DNA from: a virus
DNA: 64,000 bases
Strand: one strand, 5' to 3'
IMG/VR virus record: IMGVR_UViG_3300044797_000394
Location: 92,163 to 156,162 of that record
The position numbers and the translations under genes were made by a program. Position 1 is the first letter of the stretch, and each line of letters opens with the position of its first letter. This document shows positions 20,221 through 29,903 of this stretch, piece after piece. Under the pieces are notes generated by a model. That model searched no databases. It was not told where the DNA came from and saw only the letters and a program-made list of their open reading frames with translations.

Positions 20221-21020
20221 ATTTCTCCGACATGCTCCAGTGGGTCAAAAACTTCTCGGATCCGAGCCGATCCGCTCTCATCGTAGTTCCCAGGTCGGCG
20301 GAAGAGTCAACGTGGCATATGTTCGGACACGGGCATACACTCTCGCACGAGTCCTGGCGACTGAACGGGGTGGTCGACACAGCAACGATGAGGGTTCGTC
20401 GAGCCTCCCCGTGGAGCAAGAAGGGGTTGCCCGTTTGGTTTCCGCCTGAGCCTCGCGAATGGGAGCTTCTGTGGGGGCTGGCCTCTGTTACCGACTTCGT
20501 AATTGACGAGCCTCTACGAACCCTTGTAGACCAGGGATCGTTTCTTGCTTACGAATTCTACCGATTGATTTGGGAGGCAAGGTTTCTGACGACGGAGAAC
20601 CTGAACCTACACTCGGCGCAGGACGTGGTCCATTCGGTCACGGAGTGGCTGTCCGGGTCTGGGCCGACGGGGGACAAGCAGGGCTGGTTTCGGGCGATGG
20701 GCCTTCGGGGGACGACACCGTCGATGGCCCAAAGGTGTGATCTTCTGTGCATGCTTTTGACTTTGGCGGCACAGAATGACCTCATCTCCGACTTCTGCTT
20801 TTCGTTCTCAAGCCTAGAAAAGGCCGTCGTTACGGATGCGACGCTCCTTAAGGACTTAGAGATTCTCATCTCTACCACAGAACGTTGGATCAAAATGGGA
20901 TCCCCGATCGGTGTAATCCTAGGATTTGATGCAACGGACGAGACGTTAGCAGCTCTACAGGAAAAGAATCCGAAGCTTGCGGCTCGTGTGGAAGCTAGTC
21001 TGAAGGAAAGACGAAAATGA
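20217..21020 (+). CDS. hypothetical protein
   Basis: GTGA/ATGA overlaps with neighbours. Confidence 0.65.
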   Translation: MNFSDMLQWVKNFSDPSRSALIVVPRSAEESTWHMFGHGHTLSHESWRLNGVVDTATMRVRRASPWSKKGLPVWFPPEPREWELLWGLASVTDFVIDEPLRTLVDQGSFLAYEFYRLIWEARFLTTENLNLHSAQDVVHSVTEWLSGSGPTGDKQGWFRAMGLRGTTPSMAQRCDLLCMLLTLAAQNDLISDFCFSFSSLEKAVVTDATLLKDLEILISTTERWIKMGSPIGVILGFDATDETLAALQEKNPKLAARVEASLKERRK

Positions 21021-21460
21021 TACACATCGACCTCTCAAACGACGCCCCGATGATCGAAACGAACGAAGGCCCACCCGTTTCCACGGAAGCTCTTCTGTGC
21101 ATTACTACAGTAACCAAGGGCGGTGACGCAGACCGAGTCCTTTGGACGCCAGTTGGAGAAAGCAAACCCCAGGAGGTAGCCGTTGCCGCCTCGGTTCGGT
21201 CCACGAACAAAATGGGCAAGAACGTCATCGAGTACAGCGTTCGTGAGCGGTTCCTTCCGTCCTACGGAAGTTACGAAATTCAGTGTTGGACTCGACGCGG
21301 TCAGGAGCGTAGTTTCCACCTGACCTTTGCACCCATTGACGGTGACGATTCCCACTACACGATGACCATCGGCCCGACGAGTACGCCGACGTCTTGGGTC
21401 ACGGAAGAAGAAGTCTACCCGGTCAAAGGCACCTCGTTCGATATTACATTGAGCCTGTAG
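21017..21460 (+). CDS. hypothetical protein
   Basis: ATGA overlap, AAGGA SD. Confidence 0.6.
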   Translation: MIHIDLSNDAPMIETNEGPPVSTEALLCITTVTKGGDADRVLWTPVGESKPQEVAVAASVRSTNKMGKNVIEYSVRERFLPSYGSYEIQCWTRRGQERSFHLTFAPIDGDDSHYTMTIGPTSTPTSWVTEEEVYPVKGTSFDITLSL

Positions 21461-21473
21461 CATTGGATTTCCG

Positions 21474-21749
21474 ATGGACTACGACGACTTGGAATTTCCT
21501 CCTTCTCATTTGATGAAACCCACGCATCGTGCTTCGGTTGTGGCCGAAGATTTCAAGTGCCCCAAATGCAAGGCACCTATGGTTGAGAAAATAGGGAAGT
21601 TCGGACCATTCTTCGGTTGTGTGCGGTTCCCTTCCTGCAAGGGCTCCCTCGACGTCACCAAGTCCAAGTCCAAGTCCAAGTTTAAGTCGGTCAGCAAACC
21701 GTCCGCCCCAGCAAGGAAGACAGTTTGGGACCACTTGGTCGGGGACTAA
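21474..21749 (+). CDS. topoisomerase I-type C4 zinc finger protein with C-terminal TVWDHL motif
   Basis: CPKCKAPMVEKIGKFGPFFGCVRFPSC; ends KTVWDHLVGD. Confidence 0.8.
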   Translation: MDYDDLEFPPSHLMKPTHRASVVAEDFKCPKCKAPMVEKIGKFGPFFGCVRFPSCKGSLDVTKSKSKSKFKSVSKPSAPARKTVWDHLVGD

Positions 21750-22213
21750 TTGAGAAACTTCTTCGGGACTTCCATCGGCTCCGCTTTGACCTCTTCTTCT
21801 CGGTTGTGCCGATTTCGGTAGGCGATGCCACGGGCGAATTCAATGAGCTCATGCCAGAGGAGTTGAAGCTGACTCATTGCCATTTCAGCGCTGAATGAGT
21901 CACGCGGGTCCTCGGACTTCTGGGCTTTCTCCCGAGCCGCTTCGACCTTGAGATCCTGTTCACCAACGCGGGCTAGTAGCTGCTCGACGTGAGTGATGAA
22001 TACGAGGCGGACCTCATAGTCGCTACGCCGCCTTGCTATAGCCTCCCAGAATTCCTTTGCGGCTTCGTCTGGGGTGTAGTCCTCTCCGTACGAAAGGTCG
22101 CCGTTGGGTTGAATTCGTACAAGCACGCGACCCGAGGAAGTTCCGATCACCAGTTCGTTTGGGTTTCGGGGAATCTTTGAATCGTCTCTATCATCCATTT
22201 TCATAATCCTCAT
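21746..22213 (-). CDS. hypothetical protein
   Basis: Long ORF convergent with Zn finger gene. Confidence 0.6.
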   Translation of the reverse strand: MRIMKMDDRDDSKIPRNPNELVIGTSSGRVLVRIQPNGDLSYGEDYTPDEAAKEFWEAIARRRSDYEVRLVFITHVEQLLARVGEQDLKVEAAREKAQKSEDPRDSFSAEMAMSQLQLLWHELIEFARGIAYRNRHNREEEVKAEPMEVPKKFLN

Positions 22214-22244
22214 GCCCAAGAGAGCCGATAAGTCGACTTTTACC

Positions 22245-22793
22245 CTACTCCTCATCCAGAATGTGTTCGTGCCAGGACTTTTTGGGGGTGGGCGGAACAG
22301 GAGCCTTAGACTCTTCGGGAGGCGGAGAGGGTGAAACTGTCTGAACCTGAACCGGACGTTGGATCCCAGGAACTCTGGTAAAGAGCTCGCGAGAGATACG
22401 AACTGGGGTGGGAGCCAGGTTATCCACTACCCGGTTAATCTCCTCTAGGCTCCGTTCAATCTGATCGTTCAATCCGCTAAGAGAATCGTTGACCGAATTG
22501 AACAGACTTTGACCCGACGTCAAAGGCGGTAGGGGAGGGAGTGGGGGGATTGGCGGTAAAGGTGGAATCGATGGTACAGTCCTTGTCCTTTCAAGACTTT
22601 GCCTCAGTCGTTCAGTTCTTAATCGTAGCGACCGGACCCGTTCTTGTCGGGCTGTTTCGGGGGAGTTTAACAGTAACCCTTGAATTTGTTGACGATGCCG
22701 GCGGCCGCCCAGCCAAATGAGTGTGGCCCAAATGGTAAGTAGGACCGCAGAAAGGCCGTACTCCGCGATAGCCACATAGTTTATCTCATCCAT
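22245..22793 (-). CDS. membrane-anchored Pro-rich protein with C-terminal SWHEHILDEE motif
   Basis: N-terminal TM; CGGTGTA (22805-22811, minus) 11 nt upstream. Confidence 0.65.
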   Translation of the reverse strand: MDEINYVAIAEYGLSAVLLTIWATLIWLGGRRHRQQIQGLLLNSPETARQERVRSLRLRTERLRQSLERTRTVPSIPPLPPIPPLPPLPPLTSGQSLFNSVNDSLSGLNDQIERSLEEINRVVDNLAPTPVRISRELFTRVPGIQRPVQVQTVSPSPPPEESKAPVPPTPKKSWHEHILDEE

Positions 22794-22858
22794 CCACTCT
22801 AGTTTACACCGTCCCCGTAAAATACGGGGTGCCACTTCTTCTTGTGTAGTGGTAAGGT

Positions 22859-23878
22859 GTGGCGTTCGTTGGATTAAAGGTTCCTGTTGAGCTAGGAAGC
22901 CTGTTCAGTCAGGTTGAGGTTCCCGGTCGTAGGGAATCCAAGGACAAGTACCACGTAACCATTCTAAATATGGGAAAAGACGTACCAATCGAGCAGATTG
23001 GCAAAGCCTCAGTCGTTGCCTTCAAAGTCTGCGAACAGACCCCGCCCTTCATGGTTACTACGAAAAAGGTGTCTCAGTTCCCAAAGGGTTCCGATGGGGT
23101 TCCCATCATCGCCCTCATCGAATCCCCCGCCCTGCACAATCTTCAGGCCAACCTCAAGAAGGCCTTCGATAAAGAGGGGGTCAGCTACTCCAAGAAGTTT
23201 CCCGAATTTAAACCGCACGTCACCCTCGCATATAGTGACACAGGTATGCCCGAGCAGGCCATTGTCCCGATCAGTTGGACGGTCAGTGACATCAACCTCT
23301 GGGGCGGGGATTCTGGAGAGGAGCGGATCGTTACCAGGTTCCCCCTTAGCATGGACGCGCATAGCTCTCGGATGGCGTCGGTTAGAAACGATCGGGTGTC
23401 GGCTCTTCGGGTAGCCGCTCGATATCAGATTGCTTGTGAGGGAGGAGTTTGCACTTGCGGCGGTACCTGTTCTTGCGGTAAGTCCTCTGCGAAACGTCAA
23501 AATCCTACGGATGCGACGTTGGGAAAAGTGTGGGAGGAAGGTGGAAAAGCAAAGTTCGTCACCTGGGCAAACCGTAAATTTCTACCAGAATTCAAGAAAG
23601 CTCTAGGCTCTTCGGACAGTGTTGCAGCAGACTTATTCGGAGAGGGCGTTTTCGACAATTTCCTTCGGACGGTTCAAGAACTACCGAACATATCTAAGAC
23701 CTTCGGGTACCCTCTTGCAGGGACTCGTGATGACTCACTAATGGGTATGTGGGGACAAATCATAAGCACCTTGCGATACCGTCACCCGGACTTTCGTAAG
23801 GTGGAAACTCCGTACCGTCTATATGAAAATGATTACGTCACCTTGAAGGGGATTGTCGACACTTTAGGTCGTCGATGA
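22859..23878 (+). CDS. 2H phosphoesterase (ThpR/Acb1-like) fused to C-terminal domain
   Basis: Two HxT motifs (YHVTI, PHVTL); internal ALRVAARY. Confidence 0.8.
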   Translation: MAFVGLKVPVELGSLFSQVEVPGRRESKDKYHVTILNMGKDVPIEQIGKASVVAFKVCEQTPPFMVTTKKVSQFPKGSDGVPIIALIESPALHNLQANLKKAFDKEGVSYSKKFPEFKPHVTLAYSDTGMPEQAIVPISWTVSDINLWGGDSGEERIVTRFPLSMDAHSSRMASVRNDRVSALRVAARYQIACEGGVCTCGGTCSCGKSSAKRQNPTDATLGKVWEEGGKAKFVTWANRKFLPEFKKALGSSDSVAADLFGEGVFDNFLRTVQELPNISKTFGYPLAGTRDDSLMGMWGQIISTLRYRHPDFRKVETPYRLYENDYVTLKGIVDTLGRR

Positions 23879-24723
23879 GCATCGCGCTCCGAGTTGCCGC
23901 GAGGTTCATGATAGCCTCTCTCCTTGAGGAACTTCGGCACAAGATGGATGATCTCCTCAAGGACAGCCCGCTCGACGCGGCTAAGGGAGAAGCCTTAGCT
24001 AAGTGGCTCGAGGATAACTTCTACATTCTGTCCCCGAAGACGCCCAAGGGTCAAAAGGCGGTCAAGGCCATCGCTGAAAAACTGCATTGGTGGCTCAAGT
24101 CAGGCATCCGAATGCATCAGGACCCGGAAGCGCCCAAACGGACGATCGAAGAGACTTGGAAGGAGCTCGAATCACACTTGAGCGACTTCGTCAAGTACTT
24201 TTCGGCTGAGGGCGGCAACGTTGTGCCCAAGGAAATCAAGCTCGACGGGAACACTTTCACCAACGGGGCGGGGCTGAACGAGAAAAAGTTGAACGAGTAC
24301 GCCTCGCGCCTTTCGGACGTCTTCAAGGATCTCAAGGGATGGCGTAGGGGAGCCCTGGAGGGGGGCGTCAGGGTCTACTTTGCCAGCCCTAAGGACTTCG
24401 GCGGAGGGACTGCGGGCGGCAAGTACAAGTCCGACCAGGACGTCTTGTACGTTCGCGCCACGCCCGACGTTCTCAAGCGAGAGGGTAAGTCTTACGCTGG
24501 GTTTGAGTACATCATTGTGCATGAGCTCGGTCATCGGTACGAACGCAAGCATCATGTGCCCACGGACTTCGACCGTCCCGAGTGGCATACGACTCCATAT
24601 TCCAAGAAAGAGGGGGAGGGGTTTGCGGAGCTTTTTGCCCTGACGAACTTCGGGATCACCAACGCCCATACGAACTGGGGATCAGAATTGAACGAGCGTT
24701 TCGAAAAATTAATGGGTGGCTAA
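23875..24723 (+). CDS. zincin-type metallopeptidase domain protein with N-terminal RVAARF
   Basis: IVHELGH, distal TPYSKKEGEGFAE; MSIALRVAARF. Confidence 0.7.
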   Translation: MSIALRVAARFMIASLLEELRHKMDDLLKDSPLDAAKGEALAKWLEDNFYILSPKTPKGQKAVKAIAEKLHWWLKSGIRMHQDPEAPKRTIEETWKELESHLSDFVKYFSAEGGNVVPKEIKLDGNTFTNGAGLNEKKLNEYASRLSDVFKDLKGWRRGALEGGVRVYFASPKDFGGGTAGGKYKSDQDVLYVRATPDVLKREGKSYAGFEYIIVHELGHRYERKHHVPTDFDRPEWHTTPYSKKEGEGFAELFALTNFGITNAHTNWGSELNERFEKLMGG

Positions 24724-25169
24724 TGGGAATCGTTGAGAGGGTCGTGCTCCGGCACATGACGGCTGCCAGGTGGGACAATTCCGTGAACGGGTCGTACTTC
24801 TCACTCCGCTGGAATAAGACCAAGTGGAGCCTTGAGGAAATGTTGGACGGGTCACGTATTCCCGCAACGTCTAACTTTGGGGAAGGCCATGCGGGTCTTG
24901 TGACTTACGAGATGCCTCAACTGGGCGCCCTTCTGTCAAAGTACGACACACCCATCAACGCCCACTCGGACAGTATCCGAGTGGGCGCCAAGCTCCAGGG
25001 TGAGGATACTGGCCCCGTTGCTCGTCAGAAGCTCATTACAGCGAGCAATGAGCACATGAAGCTCGCTATTGATAGCTTAAGAGAGGATGGTTCACCGGAC
25101 CTGAACAAGGTCATCCACTTGGCGAAGGAGTTCGAGAAGAAGCTCGTTTGGAAGAAGATCAAGGCGTAG
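24723..25169 (+). CDS. hypothetical protein with N-terminal RVAARF-like motif
   Basis: TAATG overlap; MGIVERVVLRH. Confidence 0.6.
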   Translation: MGIVERVVLRHMTAARWDNSVNGSYFSLRWNKTKWSLEEMLDGSRIPATSNFGEGHAGLVTYEMPQLGALLSKYDTPINAHSDSIRVGAKLQGEDTGPVARQKLITASNEHMKLAIDSLREDGSPDLNKVIHLAKEFEKKLVWKKIKA

Positions 25170-25449
25170 GCTCGTCGACATCTTCTTTCGGGGCTCGGAT
25201 ACTGGTTGCCACCCAGGTGACCTTCGAATCACGGAAAAAGGACATGGCTAGACCTTTCTCCTCGAGCCATGCTACGCAGTGACCCAATAGCATTGGATTG
25301 AGATTCCTGGCGTCCGCCCACGGACGGATCTCGGACCAATCCCTCGGTTGGGAGAGGAACTCAAGGACCGGGGCTGACATTTCAATCCAGATGGGGTCCG
25401 CGACGTTTGGGATACGCTCTTCCTCATCGTCCGTGTCAATTTCGATCAT
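25159..25449 (-). CDS. hypothetical protein (possible winged helix)
   Basis: AAGGA SD; VAWLEEKGLA. Confidence 0.55.
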   Translation of the reverse strand: MIEIDTDDEEERIPNVADPIWIEMSAPVLEFLSQPRDWSEIRPWADARNLNPMLLGHCVAWLEEKGLAMSFFRDSKVTWVATSIRAPKEDVDEPTP

Positions 25450-25458
25450 GGTATTCCT

Positions 25459-25881
25459 TCAGAGGTGGACTAGATCCCCATTACACAAAAGGTTCGCCCC
25501 TTCACCGATTCTTGGTTCTTTACCGTGAGAAAGGTACGCTTTTCCGCATTCTTTGCAGATGTTGGATCCAGAGGATCTTCTGACCTGATGCCATAGAAAC
25601 GCCATGGGTCCCTCTTCCGTCTCGTACACTTTTTGAACAGCTAGAACCGTTCCCTCGTCCGCCCGACCCATAATCGTGCGGCATACGTCTCTCAAGACAA
25701 CGTGATAACGAACGTCCGGGGACATCACTCGTTCTGGCCAGTAGTTGTACAGAACCTTAGGAATAGCGATGACGGCCAGAACGAGGTTCTGACTTCTTCG
25801 CACCTTGGGATCGGGCACTTGAGAAACGACGAATTCCCCCATCCTTTGGTTGCCAACGATGACGGTTCTCGTAGGATGCAT
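25459..25881 (-). CDS. hypothetical protein
   Basis: CGGTGTA (25895-25901, minus) 13 nt upstream; C-terminal CxxC/H/C. Confidence 0.55.
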   Translation of the reverse strand: MHPTRTVIVGNQRMGEFVVSQVPDPKVRRSQNLVLAVIAIPKVLYNYWPERVMSPDVRYHVVLRDVCRTIMGRADEGTVLAVQKVYETEEGPMAFLWHQVRRSSGSNICKECGKAYLSHGKEPRIGEGANLLCNGDLVHL

Positions 25882-25942
25882 GGGCTTTCATGGATACACC
25901 GGCGAAAATGCTTATCATATTACTTTATTGGAGATCTTTCCG

Positions 25943-26935
25943 ATGCCTACCCCTATCGATTGGTGCTCAAGGTGTGCTGCTCAGGTCTACGACGTAGACG
26001 GAGTTGACGGCGCCTGCGGGTGCCCTGAGGGACAGCTCAAGCAACTGCTAGCGAGCGTCACATCCAAAAAAACCATCCCAACTGGCAAGATAGAGGGCTG
26101 CTTCGGACCCGTGCCCAAAGTGACGGTTCCGTCCACAGTAGAGATGCCGAAGATCGGTCACATCCACTATCGGACCTCGTGCACGGGATGTGGAAGTGTC
26201 GAAACATGCCGTTGTATAGGATCTAGGGTGGACGTGACTGTCGCCTCTTGTTATCGCTGCCAAATAAAGCAAGCAGCTAGTCCGAAGACGGACGACGACT
26301 TTCTAAGCGACCTTTTCGCTCGAGAGGGTTCCGTGGCTCCGACCACGGCGGACGAGGCGCTTCAGGGTCTTTGGAGCACGGAACCGACGATGGACGAGGA
26401 TGTTGGGGTCACGGCATCCGTAGAGCAGACGGGTCTCGAAGGGCTCTGGATGGGGCGCGTGGCGTCCGAAACAGGGCGACACGTGCAATCGGGTGCGGAA
26501 TTGGAGTCCCTGTGGATGCAGGAACTTTCGACGCCGACGGGAACGACGGCTCGAGTGGAATCAGACGATATCACGTTCGATAACGACATGGACATGGACA
26601 CCGAACTGTCTCAATACCGTACGACTCCTGATCGCCGCAATGCCTTTCGCGTGGACAGACCTCCTCGTCCTACGCAAATCGGGCAGTCCGGTCGATTTCC
26701 TGTCGTGAGGGAGGCTCAAGACCTCAATGAGATCCTGAGACCTCGTCCTGTGTCACCACGCCCCTCGTCTAGCGCTAGGAGTAGCATCACAGAAGTGCGT
26801 CAGATGGCGGCTTCAATGCGACCGCCGCCGCCCCAGCCCGTACGACAGCAAGAGACTCGGTCGGCTGTACAACGGGCGGCCGAATACTCAAAGCGGACGA
26901 CCGTCTTTGAAAGATTGATGAGTGACGACGATTGA
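25943..26935 (+). CDS. Cys-rich, largely disordered protein with C-terminal TVFERLMSDDD motif
   Basis: N-terminal CxxC clusters; repeated LxxLW; acidic tail. Confidence 0.6.
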   Translation: MPTPIDWCSRCAAQVYDVDGVDGACGCPEGQLKQLLASVTSKKTIPTGKIEGCFGPVPKVTVPSTVEMPKIGHIHYRTSCTGCGSVETCRCIGSRVDVTVASCYRCQIKQAASPKTDDDFLSDLFAREGSVAPTTADEALQGLWSTEPTMDEDVGVTASVEQTGLEGLWMGRVASETGRHVQSGAELESLWMQELSTPTGTTARVESDDITFDNDMDMDTELSQYRTTPDRRNAFRVDRPPRPTQIGQSGRFPVVREAQDLNEILRPRPVSPRPSSSARSSITEVRQMAASMRPPPPQPVRQQETRSAVQRAAEYSKRTTVFERLMSDDD

Positions 26936-26952
26936 CCGGTGTATGGGCGAGC

Positions 26953-27372
26953 ATGAACATCACACGAGACGATTTGCTCATCCTGAATGTGTTTCGAGAC
27001 TATGTCGCCGCGAACGCCGTCTCCAAGGGGTTCCGCGCCCAAATGTTCGAGAGTTTGACTCGAGAACAGATCGAGGGGCCAATCGGCAAATTGGTCCAGG
27101 CGTCGGTGTACGTCGCCAATGAACACGGAGAAGTCAGCGAGTTCTGGGAGGCGTTCCGAAAGGGAACCCTCCACGAGCCCTGTGACAAGGCCCCCAAGAT
27201 GGTCGCATTGGGACTTCCCGCCCTTTCTTGCGTCGAAGAGGAGGTAGCGGACATCATCATTCGAGCCCTCGATACGGCTCAAGCTTACGGGGTCGATGTG
27301 GCCAAAGCCCTTGCCGTCAAGCACGCATACAATACGACTCGTCCGACCCTCCACGGCGGGAAAAAGGCCTAG
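26953..27372 (+). CDS. MazG-like nucleotide pyrophosphohydrolase
   Basis: EHGEVSEFWEAFRK, EEEVADIIIR, KHAYNTTRP; CGGTGTA 9 nt upstream. Confidence 0.85.
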   Translation: MNITRDDLLILNVFRDYVAANAVSKGFRAQMFESLTREQIEGPIGKLVQASVYVANEHGEVSEFWEAFRKGTLHEPCDKAPKMVALGLPALSCVEEEVADIIIRALDTAQAYGVDVAKALAVKHAYNTTRPTLHGGKKA

Positions 27373-27377
27373 ACCCC

Positions 27378-27830
27378 ATGCCGGCGGCGATAACGAATAG
27401 CACTCTTCTTTCGGCTATCGCGGACGCTACGGAAGGCAAGGGTGTCCTATTCCTCGTTGACCAGGTGGCATCCACTCAGAGACTGATCGAACGGTCAATC
27501 GATCTGACCATCGACGGTCTTCGTAACTACGGGGGATTGACGAAAGAGCAAGCCGAAGGTTACGTAACCGTTGGTAACGTTTCCTGGCGTCTCAACTTAG
27601 GTTCCGGGGGTTGGCTCTTTTTCTTCCCCGTCATGAACCTGAAACCGCACGAGGACGTGGGCAACCCCACTTATGTCTACGGTCGAAACAACAAGGGCGT
27701 GTACGAGCGTACGTCTTACAAATTGTGGAAGGCCAAGTTTCCCACACCTTCAGAACCGGACGAGGATTCTGATGAGTTCGAGAAGCCCCCGTTGAAAAGC
27801 GTCTGGTCTCACTTACTGGAGGATGATTGA
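27378..27830 (+). CDS. hypothetical protein with C-terminal SVWSHLLEDD motif
   Basis: In operon after MazG. Confidence 0.65.
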   Translation: MPAAITNSTLLSAIADATEGKGVLFLVDQVASTQRLIERSIDLTIDGLRNYGGLTKEQAEGYVTVGNVSWRLNLGSGGWLFFFPVMNLKPHEDVGNPTYVYGRNNKGVYERTSYKLWKAKFPTPSEPDEDSDEFEKPPLKSVWSHLLEDD

Positions 27831-28161
27831 GATGGTTGGAAACGAACTATCCACCGAGTATCAGGAGCTCATGGGGTTGTCGTCCTCAAATGCACCTGTC
27901 ATGACCAAGGCCTCGGGTAAGAGGTCGAAGAAGGTCTTGGCCCAGGGCGTTGTTGAAAAGGCTCAGGTATCCGTTGACACGAATTTGAGGCCATCCACCA
28001 AACTCATGAAGATCGTCAGCATCACAAGGACCGCTACGGATCGAATTGCCAAAATCGAAATGCGAGTCAAAGACGGGACCCTGTTTGAGATCGACATCGA
28101 TGAACCGACGGCTCAAGCTTTAGTCAATGTCTTCCTTCATGACCCAATCATGCCAACTTAG
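27823..28161 (+). CDS. hypothetical protein
   Basis: GGAGG SD; overlaps upstream stop. Confidence 0.55.
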   Translation: MIEMVGNELSTEYQELMGLSSSNAPVMTKASGKRSKKVLAQGVVEKAQVSVDTNLRPSTKLMKIVSITRTATDRIAKIEMRVKDGTLFEIDIDEPTAQALVNVFLHDPIMPT

Positions 28162-28353
28162 GGGGATTGGGGGCGGTCCGATAGGACGAAACCTTTCTCG
28201 GAACTCTCGGATGGTCATGTTAGTGTGCCAGTTCGTGCGCCACTCTTTGATAGTAATCCAGGGCTCTCCCCTCGAAATGAACAGCTCCCTGACCTCGTAG
28301 TAGACCCCGTTAGTCGACTTAGCCCAAGCTCCAATCTCAATCTCGTCACTCAA
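28120..28353 (-). CDS. small protein with C-terminal SWHDWVMKED motif
   Basis: Beta-rich N-domain, Pro linker, motif. Confidence 0.6.
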   Translation of the reverse strand: MSDEIEIGAWAKSTNGVYYEVRELFISRGEPWITIKEWRTNWHTNMTIREFRERFRPIGPPPIPLSWHDWVMKEDID

Positions 28354-29053
28354 GGGACGTGGCTTTCAAGAGAGATTCGAGATGCTCGGATCTCCTCTTG
28401 TAGACTTTGAGAAGTACTGAGTTCTTGTTGTTCATAGTCGACTGAAAGTAGTGGAATCCTCGGCTTTGTTCGATCATAGTTGAAGTTCTGCCATACCACT
28501 CTGTCCGCCCTGCGAGCTCGAGAATAGCTAGGTACAACCCTGACTTTGACGGGGCATTGCACAAGGAGAAGGAGATGGAAGCGCAGTTCATAGCCAGGGA
28601 GTGAAACTTGTCGGCATTCTCTCCTATGGCTTTTGATTCGGCATCAATTGCCTCATCTGAAGCGCGGTCGCACCATTCGGTTAGGAGATTCTCCGTAACC
28701 GAGCTATGGTTCACAACAAAACAGGCGCCCCCGGCCGTTAGAAACGGTCCCTGCTCTAGGACTTTGGCGGAGATGACGTCATTGACGGCGTCATCTAGAA
28801 ATGGGAAGTGCGACCTGAGGAGCCAAACCTCAGCGCTTTTGAATAAGGGTTCTGGCGGTATGATGCACAAACCTTGTTTTTGAAGGGCCTCAACGTCCCC
28901 TTCCAGGTCCTCCACCTCAACGTTATCACCCGAGTACCCGATGACTTTGAACAAGGCGCCTGCCTTGTCTTGAATGATCGGTTTGGCTCTGATAAGTGGG
29001 GAGCTACCCGCCCACTCGAAGGGGGCTCCCACAATTGTCCAATTCGAGTCCAT
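28346..29053 (-). CDS. hypothetical protein
   Basis: Long ORF in minus-strand run; start uncertain. Confidence 0.55.
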   Translation of the reverse strand: MDSNWTIVGAPFEWAGSSPLIRAKPIIQDKAGALFKVIGYSGDNVEVEDLEGDVEALQKQGLCIIPPEPLFKSAEVWLLRSHFPFLDDAVNDVISAKVLEQGPFLTAGGACFVVNHSSVTENLLTEWCDRASDEAIDAESKAIGENADKFHSLAMNCASISFSLCNAPSKSGLYLAILELAGRTEWYGRTSTMIEQSRGFHYFQSTMNNKNSVLLKVYKRRSEHLESLLKATSLE

Positions 29054-29903
29054 CAAAGATATTACCACCAGTTCTGGCCACGAGAGTGCAAATCCAACTG
29101 ATGAGCTCAACCCGATTGCGGAACTGGGGATAAAAGCGAGACGCCCCACCCATATCCGCATAGACTTTGGATGCTTTGGCATCTCCCCCACTGAACCAGG
29201 AGTCTGTTTTTGCCGACGACGGGTGCTCGTGGTTTGATTTGGGGTCCGCCCGTCCCGTCAGGGTCGACGCACGGTTACCGCTTTGAAGATCTAGTTCATG
29301 TACGAAACACCCCTGTTCGCATTCGTACGTGGGTATAGTTTCTTTGCCCCCCTCTTCGGCGTAGGTCATGTCGTCCATCGGGGGTTTTTCGATGTTACCC
29401 CCGAACGTTTTACCTCCGCTTTTCGTGCGATGGGCAACGCCTGTCGTAACGCTTCTCGTCCCAACGAGGCGGCATCCGTCGCTATGAACGAAGGCCATAT
29501 TTGTTGGCCAGCGACCGCCCTTGTTAGGCGGATTCGCCTTGTCACCCCCATACCCATCCCCCATTCCAAAGCCGCGAGCATGGCCCATCCCAGAGCGCGG
29601 TTTGCCCGTTGCCGAAAAGAATTCGCTGAGATCCGCTTTGATACGACTCCCGTTGATGTTCATCGGGCCCGTACCGTACTTGATGACCGAATCAATGACT
29701 GTCCCCTCGATGGGTGCTCGGTAGAGTAGAGCGTAGGACGTTGATAACCCGGGTCCGAAGATGGCGAGAGTGTCTTTTAGGGAGAAGCCCGCAACTCGAG
29801 CTCGAACCGAAGCGTCAAAGTCTTCCGTTAGGAGAACGACGTACCCACCGGGAAAGACGTCCACGGAAGTCCAATCACGTAGGATCGCTGCATCGAAGGT
29901 CAT
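29004..29903 (-). CDS. DNA methyltransferase-derived protein lacking catalytic motifs (paralog of 3351-4064)
   Basis: YGTGPMNINGSRI, GRWPTNM, GKETIPTYECEQGC, GGASRFYPQF, ICTLVARTGG. Confidence 0.6.
   Translation of the reverse strand: MTFDAAILRDWTSVDVFPGGYVVLLTEDFDASVRARVAGFSLKDTLAIFGPGLSTSYALLYRAPIEGTVIDSVIKYGTGPMNINGSRIKADLSEFFSATGKPRSGMGHARGFGMGDGYGGDKANPPNKGGRWPTNMAFVHSDGCRLVGTRSVTTGVAHRTKSGGKTFGGNIEKPPMDDMTYAEEGGKETIPTYECEQGCFVHELDLQSGNRASTLTGRADPKSNHEHPSSAKTDSWFSGGDAKASKVYADMGGASRFYPQFRNRVELISWICTLVARTGGNIFDGLELDNCGSPLRVGG

Noticed and set aside
21658-21688. AAGTCC tandem repeat
   Set aside because: Short coding repeat for a KSKSKSK linker; not a CRISPR or regulatory array.
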